A stretch of 64,000 nucleotides of DNA, from positions 5,704,001 to 5,768,000 of the forward strand of contig NC_087437.1 in assembly GCF_036321535.1 (NCBI RefSeq), in the 5' to 3' direction. The DNA comes from Camelus dromedarius. Its lineage: Eukaryota. A program made the position numbers and the translations under genes. The notes under the pieces are model-generated. The model saw only the letters and a list, made by a program, of their open reading frames with translations, did no database searches and was not told where the DNA came from. This document shows, in pieces, positions 25,228-36,063 of the stretch; position 1 is the first letter of the stretch, and each line of letters starts with the position of its first letter.

Positions 25228-27590
25228 CAGACAGACCACCTTTCATTGTGCTTCACAGACACTGCGGTTTTTAGACATTGAAGGTTGGTGGCATCCCCGC
25301 GTCAAGCAGATGTATCGGCGCCATTTTTCCAGCAGCATTTTCTCACTTGGTGAACCAGTGTCACATGTTGGCAGTTCTCACGATGTCTCAAAGTACTTCA
25401 TTATGATTGTATTTGCCACGGTGATCTGTGGTCAGTGATCTTTGCTGTAACGACTGCAGTCGTTTCCGGGCGCCACGAACTGTGCCTGTATTAGACGGCG
25501 AACTTAATCCATAAATGTCGTGTGTGTTCTGAGGCTTTCTCTCCCTCTCCCCGGCCTCTCTGTCCCCTGAGACACAGCAGTACTGAAACGAGGCCAGTTA
25601 GTAACCCTACAACGGCCTTAAAGTGTTCAAGTGAAAGGGAGAGTCACATGTCTCTCTTTTAAATCAAAGGCTAGAAATGATCACGCTTGGGGAGGAAGGC
25701 GAGTCAGCAGCCCAGAAAAGCCGAAAGCTAGGCCTCCTCTGCCAGCCGGCCAGGTTGTGAATGCAAAGGAAGAGTTCTTGAAGGAATTTAAAAGTCCTGC
25801 CCCAGGGAACACACCAGTGATAAGAAAGCAAAACAGCCCTGTTGCCGACGTGGAGGAAGTCTGAGTGGTCTGAGTAGAAGGTCAAACCAAACACCACGTT
25901 CCCTTAAGCCAAAGCCTCGTCCTGAGCAAGACCCTCACTCTCTTCACCTCTGTGAAGACTGAGAGGTGAGGAAGCTGCAGAAGGAAAGTCTGAGGCCGGC
26001 AGAGGTTGGTTCATGAGGTTTAAGGAAAGAAGCCGTCTCTGCGACGTGGAAGCGCGAAGTGAAGCCGCAGGCGCTGACGCAGGAGCTGCAGCAGGTTCTC
26101 AGGAAGGTCGAGCGCAGAGCCCTTGTGGAGGTGCCGCGCTGAGCAACAAGGTTTTTTGATGTAGAGGGAGCAGCCTTCTACTGGAAGAGCATGCCGTCTA
26201 GGACTGTCATAGCCGGAGAGGACAAGTCAGTGCGTGGCTTCCAAGCTTCACAGGACAGGCTGACTCTCTTGTTAGGGCCAGTGCAGCTGGTGACTGTCAT
26301 GTGAAGCCAGTGCTCCTTCACCATTCCGAAAATTCTGGGGCCCTTAAGATGATGCTAAATCTCCTCTGCCTGTGCTCTGTAGACTGAACAACAGGCCTGG
26401 ATGACAGCCCGTCTTTTACAACGTGGCTTACTGACTATTTTAGGCCCCCTGTTGAGGTCCGTTGCTCAGAAGAAAGGACTCCTTCCAAGATGACTGCTCC
26501 TTGACGGTGCACGTGGTCACCCCAGAGCTCTGCTGGAGAAGGACAGCGAGGTTCATGTTTCCCTGCCTGCTCGCACGGCACCCAGTCTGCAGCCCGTGGA
26601 TCAAGGGGTCGTTTCAACTTTCAAGCCTTATTACTTAAGAAATACCTTTTGTGAGGCCACAGCTACCATAGGTAGTGGTTCCTCTGATGGATCCGGGCAC
26701 AGTCAGGTGTGAAAACCTCTGGAAAGGATTCCCCAGTCTAGATCCAGGAAGAACATTCATGATTCGTGGGAAGAAGTCAAAATATCAGCATGAACAGGCG
26801 TTTGGAGGAAGCTGATCCCAGCCCTCATGGATGACTTGGAGGGGTTCCAGACTCAGTGATGGAGGTGACCGCTAATGTGGTGGGGACAGGAGGAGAACTG
26901 GGATTAGAAGTGGAGCCCGAAGGTGGGGCTCCGTTGCTGAATCTCAGGAAAAAACTCGAGTGGATGAGGAGCTGCTTTTTATGGACGAGCAAAGAAAGTG
27001 GTTTCTTGAGATGGGATCAACTCCTGGTGAAGATGCTGTAATAGTTGTTGAAATGACAAAGGATTTAGAACGTGACATCAACTTTGTGAAGAAAGCAGTG
27101 GCAGGATTTGGAGGATTGAGTCCAATTTTGAAAGTTCTTCTGTGGGTAAAACACTGTCAAGTGCATTACATGCTACAGAGGAATCGTTCGTGGAAGGAAG
27201 AGTCAGTTGATGGGCATACTTCACTGTTGTCTTGTTCTAAGAAATTGCCATACCTTCAAACTTCAGTGACGACCGCCCTGGTCGGGCAGCAGCCACCAGC
27301 ACAGAGGCCAGACCCCCCCACCCACAGCCTGCAAAAAGATTACAACTCGGAAGACTCAGATGATGGTTAACCTTTTTTTTTTTTTAACCACTAAAGAATT
27401 TTTAAATTAAACTGCGTATATTGGTTTTTTGGACACAATCCTATTGGACACTTAATAGACTACAGTATAGTGTAAAGATAACTTTTATATGCACTGGAAA
27501 CCAGAAAATTCCTGTGACTCACTGTACTGCGATATTCGCTTTTTCGAGGTGGTGTGGAGTGGAACCTGCAGTAACTCCGAGGTGTGCCTG
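25228..27590 (+). mobile_element. Near full-length Tigger1 (TcMar-Tigger) DNA transposon with dead transposase
   Basis: Termini CAGACAGACCAC ... GAGGTGTGCCTG, a degenerate form of the CAGGCATACCTC TIR. Transposase remnants QVVNAKEEFLKEFKS, IRKQNS and DEELLFMDEQRKWFLEM. The start codon has become ACG (about 25612), and there are many frameshifts and stops. Confidence 0.95.
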
Positions 27591-27689
27591 CACCCTGGGG
27601 CTTGGTCTGTACTCAGGACTTGCACGTCTGGATGATTCAGGAGGCAGGATACTGGTGGGAAAAATAGAGGGTGTGAAGTTAGCTGCTTG

Positions 27690-27885
27690 GATCAGGTTGT
27701 GGCTCCCTCTCTTCTTTCTGTTAGCCTTGGGTACGATATGGAAGTCTGCACGTTGCGTTCACTCATCTCTAAATTAGAATACCCACCCCATCGTGTTGCT
27801 GTGAAGATTAAATGAGACGATGTGCGTGGAATGTTCAGATCAGCGTGTGGACTGTAATAAGCACTCAATGGGCGGTACCTAGTAT
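27690..27885 (+). mobile_element. MIR SINE
   Basis: CTCATCTCTAAATTAGAATACCCACCCCATCGTGTTGCTGTGAAGATTAAATGAGACGATG...TAAGCACTCAAT. Confidence 0.75.
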
Positions 27886-28179
27886 GTTTGATTTTCTGCT
27901 TTTTAGTTTTTCATATAGAGTTGGCCCTGAGCTGAGCAGACTAGTGTAGCTTCATCCGAGTTGGAGAGCACTAGCACTGCCATCTACATTTTGGAAGTTT
28001 CATCGTTTGAAATCCAGAGAACGTACCCTGGTAAATTTCTCAGACTTGTTGTGAAGGTGCCGCGGGAAAGATTCTGTTTTGGTACTTTCCTCGATCAGAT
28101 GTCTCAGGCCAACCATGCACGCATCTCGACAGCCCCACTTAAATGAGCAGAGGGTACTGACCGTTAGCTTTGTGGAGCC

Positions 28180-28301
28180 AAGCACCCAGATGGCCCGGGA
28201 CAGTCCAGATTTGCAGCCTTTGTCCTGACAAAATCGTTAACAGTGCCTCCTCCCGCGCCCAAAGGTGTCCCAGTTTGGATGAGAAATGACCTGGTCACCC
28301 T
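28180..28301. mobile_element. MER94-like hAT-Blackjack MITE
   Basis: GCCCGGGACAGTCCAGATTTG...AAAGGTGTCCCAGTTTGGATGAGAAATGACCTGGTCACCCT. Confidence 0.7.
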
Positions 28302-30999
28302 GCTTATCTGCTTTTCACGAACTCTTTGTTACAGCCTCTGCTGGAGCCCTGGGAAACTGCTCTCTGTGCCTGAACCTGGCCTTCCTGTTTATCTACCTTT
28401 CTTAGCTTGGAATGCTTTCCTAGGGTTTTGCTCAGTGAAGCGCCGCTCAGAATGAGCTGTTTCTTTGTCTGCCTTCCAGCCAGCACTCTGCCTGTCTCTC
28501 TCTACAGCCCTGTTTCCTTCTGCCTCATAGGAGATTTCATGTTTTTCACTTTGGATTTATGAGAACACCTAGTTTAACGTCTTGTGCGAAAGCATGGACT
28601 TAAGTATGCATTTGTGGAATGAAAGTATGAATGGATGAAGAAGCGGACACGAATGACATGACTCATCCTAGGAGTTTGATGGAGATGTTATTTAGACTTA
28701 ACTCCAACTGGTTTTGTTTGGGATATAAAGCTTGGTGCGCTGTGTATTTCAAAGAAGAAACTTGTGTCATGTGCAGAGTTTTGGGAACAGTCAAACAGAA
28801 GGAAATAACTTCACTGAAGTTGGGTCCAGGAATTTGGCTGGCTCCAGAATTGTTCTGCAAGATGTTAATATAAGTGATCTGTTCCTTTTGTGCCCCTGAA
28901 ATAAGACTAGACCTTTGGAATTTTCTTTTGATTTATGTTCTGCTGTCGAAGTTTAAAAAGCATGGCTAGCGAGCTTTATTGTTTGTTAAGATATTTGATC
29001 TCTTTTCTAGTATTTGGTTTCTGTAAGTGATAGCTTTAGTTCCTGTTAATCTTTAAGGAACTAAATTACTTAAACTTTTATCATCATTAATATTGGACTG
29101 TCAAAAGGTATTTTTTAGAAGCGCTGTGGAATTAATGCTAAAAAAGAAAGTAGGTAAGGAATATAGAGTTGTACAAGTAGGATCCTTGACCCCTCAGCAT
29201 GTTCTGTCATATAATGTGAGAAATACTACCTTTTGCTGCAAATCAAGAACCAGGTGAAGAAGAGATACTTGGAGATGCTTTCTGTGCATCATCTCATGCC
29301 TCAAGACTCCCCCCACCTACAAGGAGATGTTATCATTCATTCCCTAATTTTATGGACAAGGAAACCTCTTCCTCGAGGTGTGGGAATTCCCGAGCAAGGC
29401 CACAGAGCTTGTCTGGGCCGAGCCAGCGCTCAGGCAGTTTGATGGACGTGGAAGCCCACACTTGCCCTACTCCACCCCCTCCTCCCACCTCACCTTCTGT
29501 AACGCATCTTTGACTTGCCCTTTATTTTTCCTCCTTGCCCAAGGCATTCTGGCTCCACGATCATAGCAGTTTCTATCAGTCCTAAAATAGATGACCGATT
29601 TTTGATTAGGAGAGTTTGACATTTTGTGGCTGAATCTTGGGATGAGGCCAACATGTCCCTAATCAATAAACAGCCATAGCCATGGTCCTGTCCACTATGC
29701 CGTAGGGTTAGGCTGATCCACAAACCAGGGTTTTGTTTGTTTCCTCTCCTCTCTCCATGGATGGATTTCAAAGCAATTTTTTTTTTTTTTTTAGGAGAGG
29801 GTCATTTTCCACTTTTCTTTCTTTTTAACAAAATTTGATTTACAGTTATATACTTCTTAGGGTCCTAGCAGGTAAAACACATAATGGCTAGTAACAATTT
29901 GTTTTTAGGTGCGCTTTTTCTATAGTATCTGTTCCATTATTGTTTTGGAATTGTCAAATAATTACAAAATGATAGAATATGTTTATGCCTTCAACACATT
30001 GCTATGAACTCAGTATTCAGGTTTCTTCTGGGAGTATGCTAAATAGACTAATTTGGGAATAGCAGATATTCCCATCCCAGAAGCCAAGCAGCTGGATTTT
30101 AAAGTGATTAATAATGTAAATTCACGGGATTTTCAGAACGGAAAGAGAGCATGTAAAATTCTTTTGTAGTTAGAGCTACGCAGGGCCATCCTGATGAGTA
30201 CATTTAGCTCCTAGCTACGGTTGAGTTCTTTTATTTGCATATTAGCATAACAGAATTGGAAAAAAATTGTTATGTAATACTGCAGTATATGAGTATTAAT
30301 AGAACAAGATGTGGTCTTCCAAACGGCTATTTTTGAGAATTTGTTTTTGGTTTTTTTTTTTTTTTTTTGCTATAGATAGCCGCATGTGTACAACCTTGTG
30401 CGTGCCGGCATATACTCTGAAGACTCCGTCTATAAATAGTAAAGATTAAGAGCAAGCCAAATACTATAGCGGTGGCTGACACGAGTCCTGTCTCATGAGA
30501 CTGATGGGTAGCAGGTGTCCGCTCTCCACTTTGAAAACGCCCGGGAAGGGCAGGCTGTCTTTTACGAGCGTTGCTGATGAAGTGTCTGTTGCTCTTAAGC
30601 AATTAGTGTGGCCACGGAGGGATAAGTGACCTGGTTTGGAGCCACCGTTAGAGTCACAAGCGAGAGTCTCCATATGGTTCCCTGCTACTTTCTATTTTTT
30701 ATCGTCCTCCTAAGCTCTGATGTCCTGTGGACATAAGTAGATGTAATTTTTCAAACAGTTAAAATGGTTGAATGTCTATCCTTGAAGGAAATGTGGCAAG
30801 TTGCTAAGATTTTTATTTCTATGAGTCCATGCTAATAGATTATATTAAATACCAATGGACTTTTCCGGGGGTTTTCACATGGGGACTAATGGCATTCCTG
30901 ATGTCATGCTGGTTTTAAGGATGTGTTTATCTCTTCTTTATCTGTGGAGATTTTGGTGGTTTGTTGAAAGAATCTTCAGGGCCCTTTCAGGACTTTTTC

Positions 31000-31890
31000 T
31001 GGTTTATGTATATTCCCAAAAATGTTTTCCTATATGTGGAAATAGGGTCACGAGTAGAATTACTGTCATAGAATATGTGTATGCTCAGCTTCAGGACATC
31101 CTGTCATGTTTTCCTAACCGGCTAAACCCAGTTGACACACCCACCAGGTTATGTGAGTTCTAGTTGCTCTAAATGCTTTTTAATACTCAGGATGGTCGGT
31201 GGTTTTTGTTTGTTTTTAAGTCGTATTTGAGACAGTTATGTAATGCTATCTCAGTGTGGCTTTTAGGTTGCAGTTCCCAAATGACAAGGGATGTTGAGCA
31301 CTTTTTAATATGTTTTCTTGGCCATTAGGATAGTCTTTCTAAAATACCTATTCAACCCTTTTGCCTATTTTTTAATAATTGGGTTTTTATATTTTTAAAA
31401 AATTGATTTGTAGGACTTTTTTATGTTTTCTGGCTGTGTCTTTTCTGTGATTTGTGTATTGGAAATTTCTTCTCCTGGTGTGTGACTTGTCTTCTCACTG
31501 TCTGAAGTGGCACTTCTGAATGAATAATAATTCTAATTTTAGTGAAATCCAGTTCATCAGCATTTTTCTTTATGGTTGTCCTTTTTGTGTCCTGTTTAAG
31601 GTATCATTACTTAGCTTTAGACCATGAAGATATTCCTGTAATTAACTTCTAGAACCTTTGTTTTTCACATTTAGATCTACGATCTGGAGTTTATTTTTGT
31701 GTATGGTGTGAGGTAGGGGGTCAATATTATCTTTCCATATAAATCTCCAGTTAGTTAATTCAGCACCATTTATTTGAAAATACCGTTTTTCCCTATTATA
31801 CCACATTGGCCCTTTGTTGAGTGACTCTACTCGTGTAGGTTTGTTTTGGAGTCTGTTTTGTTACATCGGTCTATTTGCTTATTCTGTGTT
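31000..31890 (-). mobile_element. Ancient L1 (L1MD/ME-like) ORF2 3' part, antisense
   Basis: GATGTTGAGCACTTTTT, TTTATTTTTGTGTATGGTGTGAGGTAGGGG and CAGCACCATTTATTTGAAAA are typical antisense L1 phrases. Confidence 0.8.
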
Positions 31891-31894
31891 CACT

Positions 31895-32420
31895 GTCTAC
31901 CTTACTGGGTAGATACCCAACAGACATTATTGTCTATTTGCATATCAAAAGATATGTACAAAAAGGTTTGTAGCAGCATTAGCTGTAACAGCCTTAAACT
32001 GGGAACAACCCAGATGCTCTTCTTACAAAGTAGCATATCATTCAATGGGATACCATAAAGAAAAAAGAGACAGACAGACAGATAGGGAGAACAAAAAAGA
32101 GTGGATGGCGGCTACATGGACGTCTCTCGTCTCTCAAATATAATGTTTAAGGAAAGAAACCAGACACAAGAGAATACATGTTGTACGATTCTATTTATAT
32201 AAAGTTCAAAATCAGAAAAGCCACTTTGTGGTGACAGAAGCCATAATAGTGGTCACATCTGAGGGTAATGACCAGGACGCAGAACCCAGGGGGCTTCTGG
32301 GTGTCAGTGATTTTTGGTTGCTGGATCTGAGGGTGGTTCTAAGAGTGGACAATTTGCAAAAATCTATTGAACTGTATGCACTCGTGATTTTTCTGGAGGT
32401 ATAGCATACTTTACTAAATA
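31895..32420 (+). mobile_element. Ancient L1 (L1ME-like) 3' end, sense
   Basis: CTGGGTAGATACCCAA...AAACTGGGAACAACCCAGATG...GAAAGAAACCAGACACAAGAGAATACATGTTGTACGATTCTATTTATATAAAGTTCAAAA. Confidence 0.8.
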
Positions 32421-33139
32421 CGTTGATTTGTGCAATTGTGAAAATTAACCAAATTCAGATACTTACTGGCTGCCTCACCCTGCACTATTTAGGACAGCGT
32501 CTTTCATAGTGTGCTGCTGTCTGTGGATCAGGATATAGAGTGTCTTTTTCCTGCAGTGGAGCTGGGGGCGACCTGATGGAGCCCTGAGCTGAGCAGTGGT
32601 GTGGAGGGCAGGTTGGTGGGGGGCGGCACTGGCTGGACTGGCATAGCATGGGGACGGGGTCTTTCCTGGACTGTGTTGAGAACAGGTCATGAGCTGGGCC
32701 TGGGAGTGGGGGTTGACATACTAGTGAGGGATGTGTTGGTCCCTGGGGTCATCTCACACTGGGGTGACCGCTGGGAGTTCTGCCAGTTTGTTTGGTGTGG
32801 TTTTGCATGTTTTAATCCCTCCAGGTGCGCTCAAAAGGTTTCATACTCGAAAGTGTGCTGCTCCTACAAGACTTTGAGAACCACTCAATTGTGGAGAACC
32901 TGTTCTCTGTGAGGCCGTTTTCTAGATAGCACTTTTTGTCTCAAAACCAGTTAACAAACAGAAGCCAGCTATCCAGGTTTATAGACAAAAGCGAGCGTTG
33001 TTGGTTGACCACGGAACAACAATCTCCCTGGGACCCCCGGTGGTCAGCAGAGATTTGTTTGGCTCTGCTGAGCGTTTACCTTGTCCGGTCTAAACTTTCT
33101 TTGCAGTGGGAAGAACGCCAGGGTCAAAATGGGTCACGC

Positions 33140-33268
33140 TGGAATTGTCAGGATTCTGAAACATGCTAATCTGAAGGTTCACCCCAGTCCAATTAAATCA
33201 GAGTTTCTGGGATTTTCCTAAAGCACCCTGGGAGATTTTCAGGTGCAGCCAGGGGTGAGAATTGCTGA
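33140..33268. mobile_element. MER5-like hAT-Charlie MITE fragment
   Basis: CACCCCAGTCCAATTAAATCAGAGTTTCTGGG...CAGGTGCAGCCAGGGGTGAGAATTGCTG. Confidence 0.65.
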
Positions 33269-33569
33269 AACCTTTCTCAGATGTTGGGACTTAAACTGTT
33301 TAGCTCTGTTAGATACGAGAGAACAGGCAGCCCCAGGATCCCCCAGGTGACAAACATGGGTGCTCCCGTGGCTGGCGGGGCACAGCGCGGAAGATTCAGA
33401 CTTCAGCGGCCTCAGTGCAGCCTTGCCTTCAACCAGCTGAGTTGCCTTTTCTCTGAGGGGATGTATAGAATATCAGCCAAGCGCCCCTCTAGCAAGTCAA
33501 ATTTGGAGAAATCGATTTATATGTGAAAGTGATGGTCTGTCCTCTGTGCTAATCGTTGTACCAGAAGCA

Positions 33570-33598
33570 TAGACAGACAGACAGACAGACAGATAGAT
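33570..33598 (+). repeat. (AGAC)n/(AGAT)n microsatellite
   Basis: TAGACAGACAGACAGACAGACAGATAGAT. Confidence 0.85.
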
Positions 33599-33770
33599 AT
33601 TTTTGTTTTGAACCAGACAGGAAGGTTTTGCTTTATTTTATTTTATTTTTTTGGAATCATCATTTTTTCCTATTGAGTTTTTAAAAAATCAGACAAAACA
33701 AAAACACTGCTATGTGCAGAACATGGTCCCAAATGCTGACACTGCTTTTATCAGTCTCTTCAATCTGTAT

Positions 33771-34312
33771 TTTCTTTTTTTTATTGAAGTATATTCAGTA
33801 TACAGCATTGTGTCAATTTCTGGTGTGTAGCATAATGTTTCAGTCATACATGTACATACATATATTCTTTTCATATTCTTTTTCACTATGGGTTACTGCA
33901 GGATTTTGAATGTAGTTTCCTGTGCTGTACAGTATGAACTTGTTGTTTATCTGTTTTATATATAGTAGTTAGTATCTGCACATCTCAAACTCCCAGTTTA
34001 TCCCTCCCACTCCCTTCCCTACCTGGTAACAATAAGTTTGTTTTCTTTGTGAGTCTGTTTCTGTTTTATAAATATGTTCATTTGTATCTTTTTTTAGATT
34101 TCACTATGAGTGATATCATATGGTATTTTTCTTTCTCTTTCTGGCTTACTTCACTTATATGATGATCTCCAGGTCCATCCATGTTGCTGCAAATGACATT
34201 ATTTTATTCTTTTTTATGGCTGAGTAGTATTCCTTTATATAAATACACCACATCTTCTTTATCCAGTCATCTGTCCATGGACATTTACGTTGTTTCCATG
34301 TCTTGGCTGTTG
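33771..34312 (-). mobile_element. Camelid-type L1 3' end (ORF2 end plus 3'UTR)
   Basis: TTTATTGAAGTATATTCAG...TCCATCCATGTTGCTGCAAATGACATTATTTTATTCTTTTTTATGGCTGAGTAGTATTCC. Flanked by TGTATTTTT on both sides. Confidence 0.9.
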
Positions 34313-35047
34313 AATGTATTTTTGATCCAAATGAAGGAGTATGTTGTGTCAGTACCTAAAAAGGCCCTGGATTCATTACTTGGAGCCTTAATCTACCCGG
34401 ATTGATCATCACTGTGCAGCCACTGTCTCCTGGTCTGTCTCTTGGCCCTTTTCCATCCCACACGAGGGAAAAGACATCTGTGCACCCATGACATCCTGCA
34501 TCGTGGAAGAAGAGCCCCTGCAGGGGGATATTTTTTGAAAGAACTAATTGGACCGAGGCACAAGCATTATTTCTACTAAGAGGTGACTGTACATGTCACA
34601 CTTGGCTGCAAAGGGTCCTCAATTTTCCTTTGACTACCTCGGGTGGTGATGTGCAGTAAAAACAGTGTTTAACTCATGGAAGTTTATAAATTGACACTTG
34701 CCGGACTGGTGTCTCTTTGTCCAGGTCATTTATGCCAGGAGGAAGAGAACAGTCTGGTGATGCTTCAGTGCACCCCACGGTGGTGGGCTGGCAGTCCGCA
34801 CAGGTGTGTCCTGACTTTTGGGGGAACATCTCCCGTCTGAGTGCTGTGGTGTTTTCCTCTGGCCACACGGACGCTTGCGGTTAGGAGGATGAACCTTTGA
34901 GCTCCCAGAGCATCTATAAAACATATCTCACTGACTGCCGAGCAGTAACATGAGAACATGAGTGTCGCAGGTTCATAGTCTTTGTGACTTGGTGTGAATG
35001 CTTTGTCTCCAGAACTTGGCAGCTCTATTAGCAGATCATCGTTAATT

Positions 35048-35306
35048 TGTTTTTAAATTAAATTTTATTTTTGTAAATTCCCATGCAGCTGTATGCAATG
35101 ATAGACAGCGATCCTGTGTACTTCACCCAGTTTCCCTCAGGTACCATCCTGCAGAACTGTAGCGCTCTGTCACAGCAGGGCGTTCGCATCGGTCAAGTCA
35201 AGATACAGAAAATGCCTGTTATCACAGGTTCCCACACGTCCCCCTTAAACAGACAACTTCACCAACTTCCCTCTTCTGCCTCCTCCTTAATCCCTGCCAA
35301 CCACTA
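35048..35306 (-). mobile_element. L1MC-like 3' end with TSD
   Basis: GATCCTGTGTACTTCACCCAGTTTCCCTCAGG...GTCAAGATACAGAAAA...CCCTGCCAACCACTAA. TSD AGCAGATCATC(G/A)TTA(A/C)TT at 35030-35047 and 35307-35324. Confidence 0.8.
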
Positions 35307-35906
35307 AGCAGATCATCATTACTTACCTTATTTATCCTTTTAGGTCAACTTCTCTCTCTTCCAAATCAAGTTGAGTTGCTATTCCAGAAGAGAAGTGGGG
35401 TCCCCTTGTCCTGGGTGCAAAGGCTTCGGAGGGTCTTCAGTCCCTAGAGACTGGAGGGGACCCCACAGTTTGGCCACAGAGAAGTGGTGTTGAGCCTTCC
35501 TGGTTGGGATGGGGACCCACTTATTAACACATACGTCTCTAATGGCAGTTGTATGTACTCGCTGGTAAACAGGAGGCAGAGTGGAAATGAACTCTAACAT
35601 CCTTTGGGGGAGACAGTCTACAGCCTGTGAGAAAGCTGAGTGCGCCGTGGTATTTACCAAGCTGAGAGCTGGAGAGGTTTCCTTTTCTGCAGCGTCAGTA
35701 GCTGGGTCTTCTCACCCATATTCTTTGTTAGGGAAGGAAGTATTGCCGAAGAATATTTTCAAATAGTTCAATACCTGTTTCGCTTCAAAGAATACCTGCC
35801 TTTGATGAGCGATACCCCGAGGGTCCTGGAAGCAACAAAGTGAAGGCAAAGGGAGAGAAACAGACAAACTGTGCTGTGCTGGGACCCTTACTTAGGAGCA
35901 GAGAAG

Positions 35907-36063
35907 GGGGAGGGTAGAGCTCAGTGGTAGAGCGTGTGCCTAGCGTGCATGAGGTCCTGGGTTCAATCCCCAGTACCTCCATTAAAAAAAAAAAAAATAA
36001 TAATAATAAATAAACCTAATTACTTCCCCCCTTCAAAAACACCAAAATAAAACAAGGTTGTTC
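35907..36063 (+). mobile_element. Vic-1-type SINE
   Basis: Full head GGGGAGGGTAGAGCTCAGTGGTAGAGCG...GGTTCAATCCCCAGTACCTCCA plus tail. Degenerate TSD CTTAGGAGCAGAGAAG / CTTAGACGCAGAGGAG. Confidence 0.92.

Noticed and set aside
25610..27370. Domesticated TIGD1-like transposase gene
   Set aside because: Start codon lost and multiple frameshifts and stops; an ordinary Tigger1 fossil.
35907..35981. tRNA-Ala(AGC)-like genes (also at 1.1, 9.5, 13.9, 39.9, 45.0 and 46.8 kb)
   Set aside because: Each carries a SINE-type A-rich tail, several have TSDs, and they have stem mismatches. They are SINEs, not tRNA genes.
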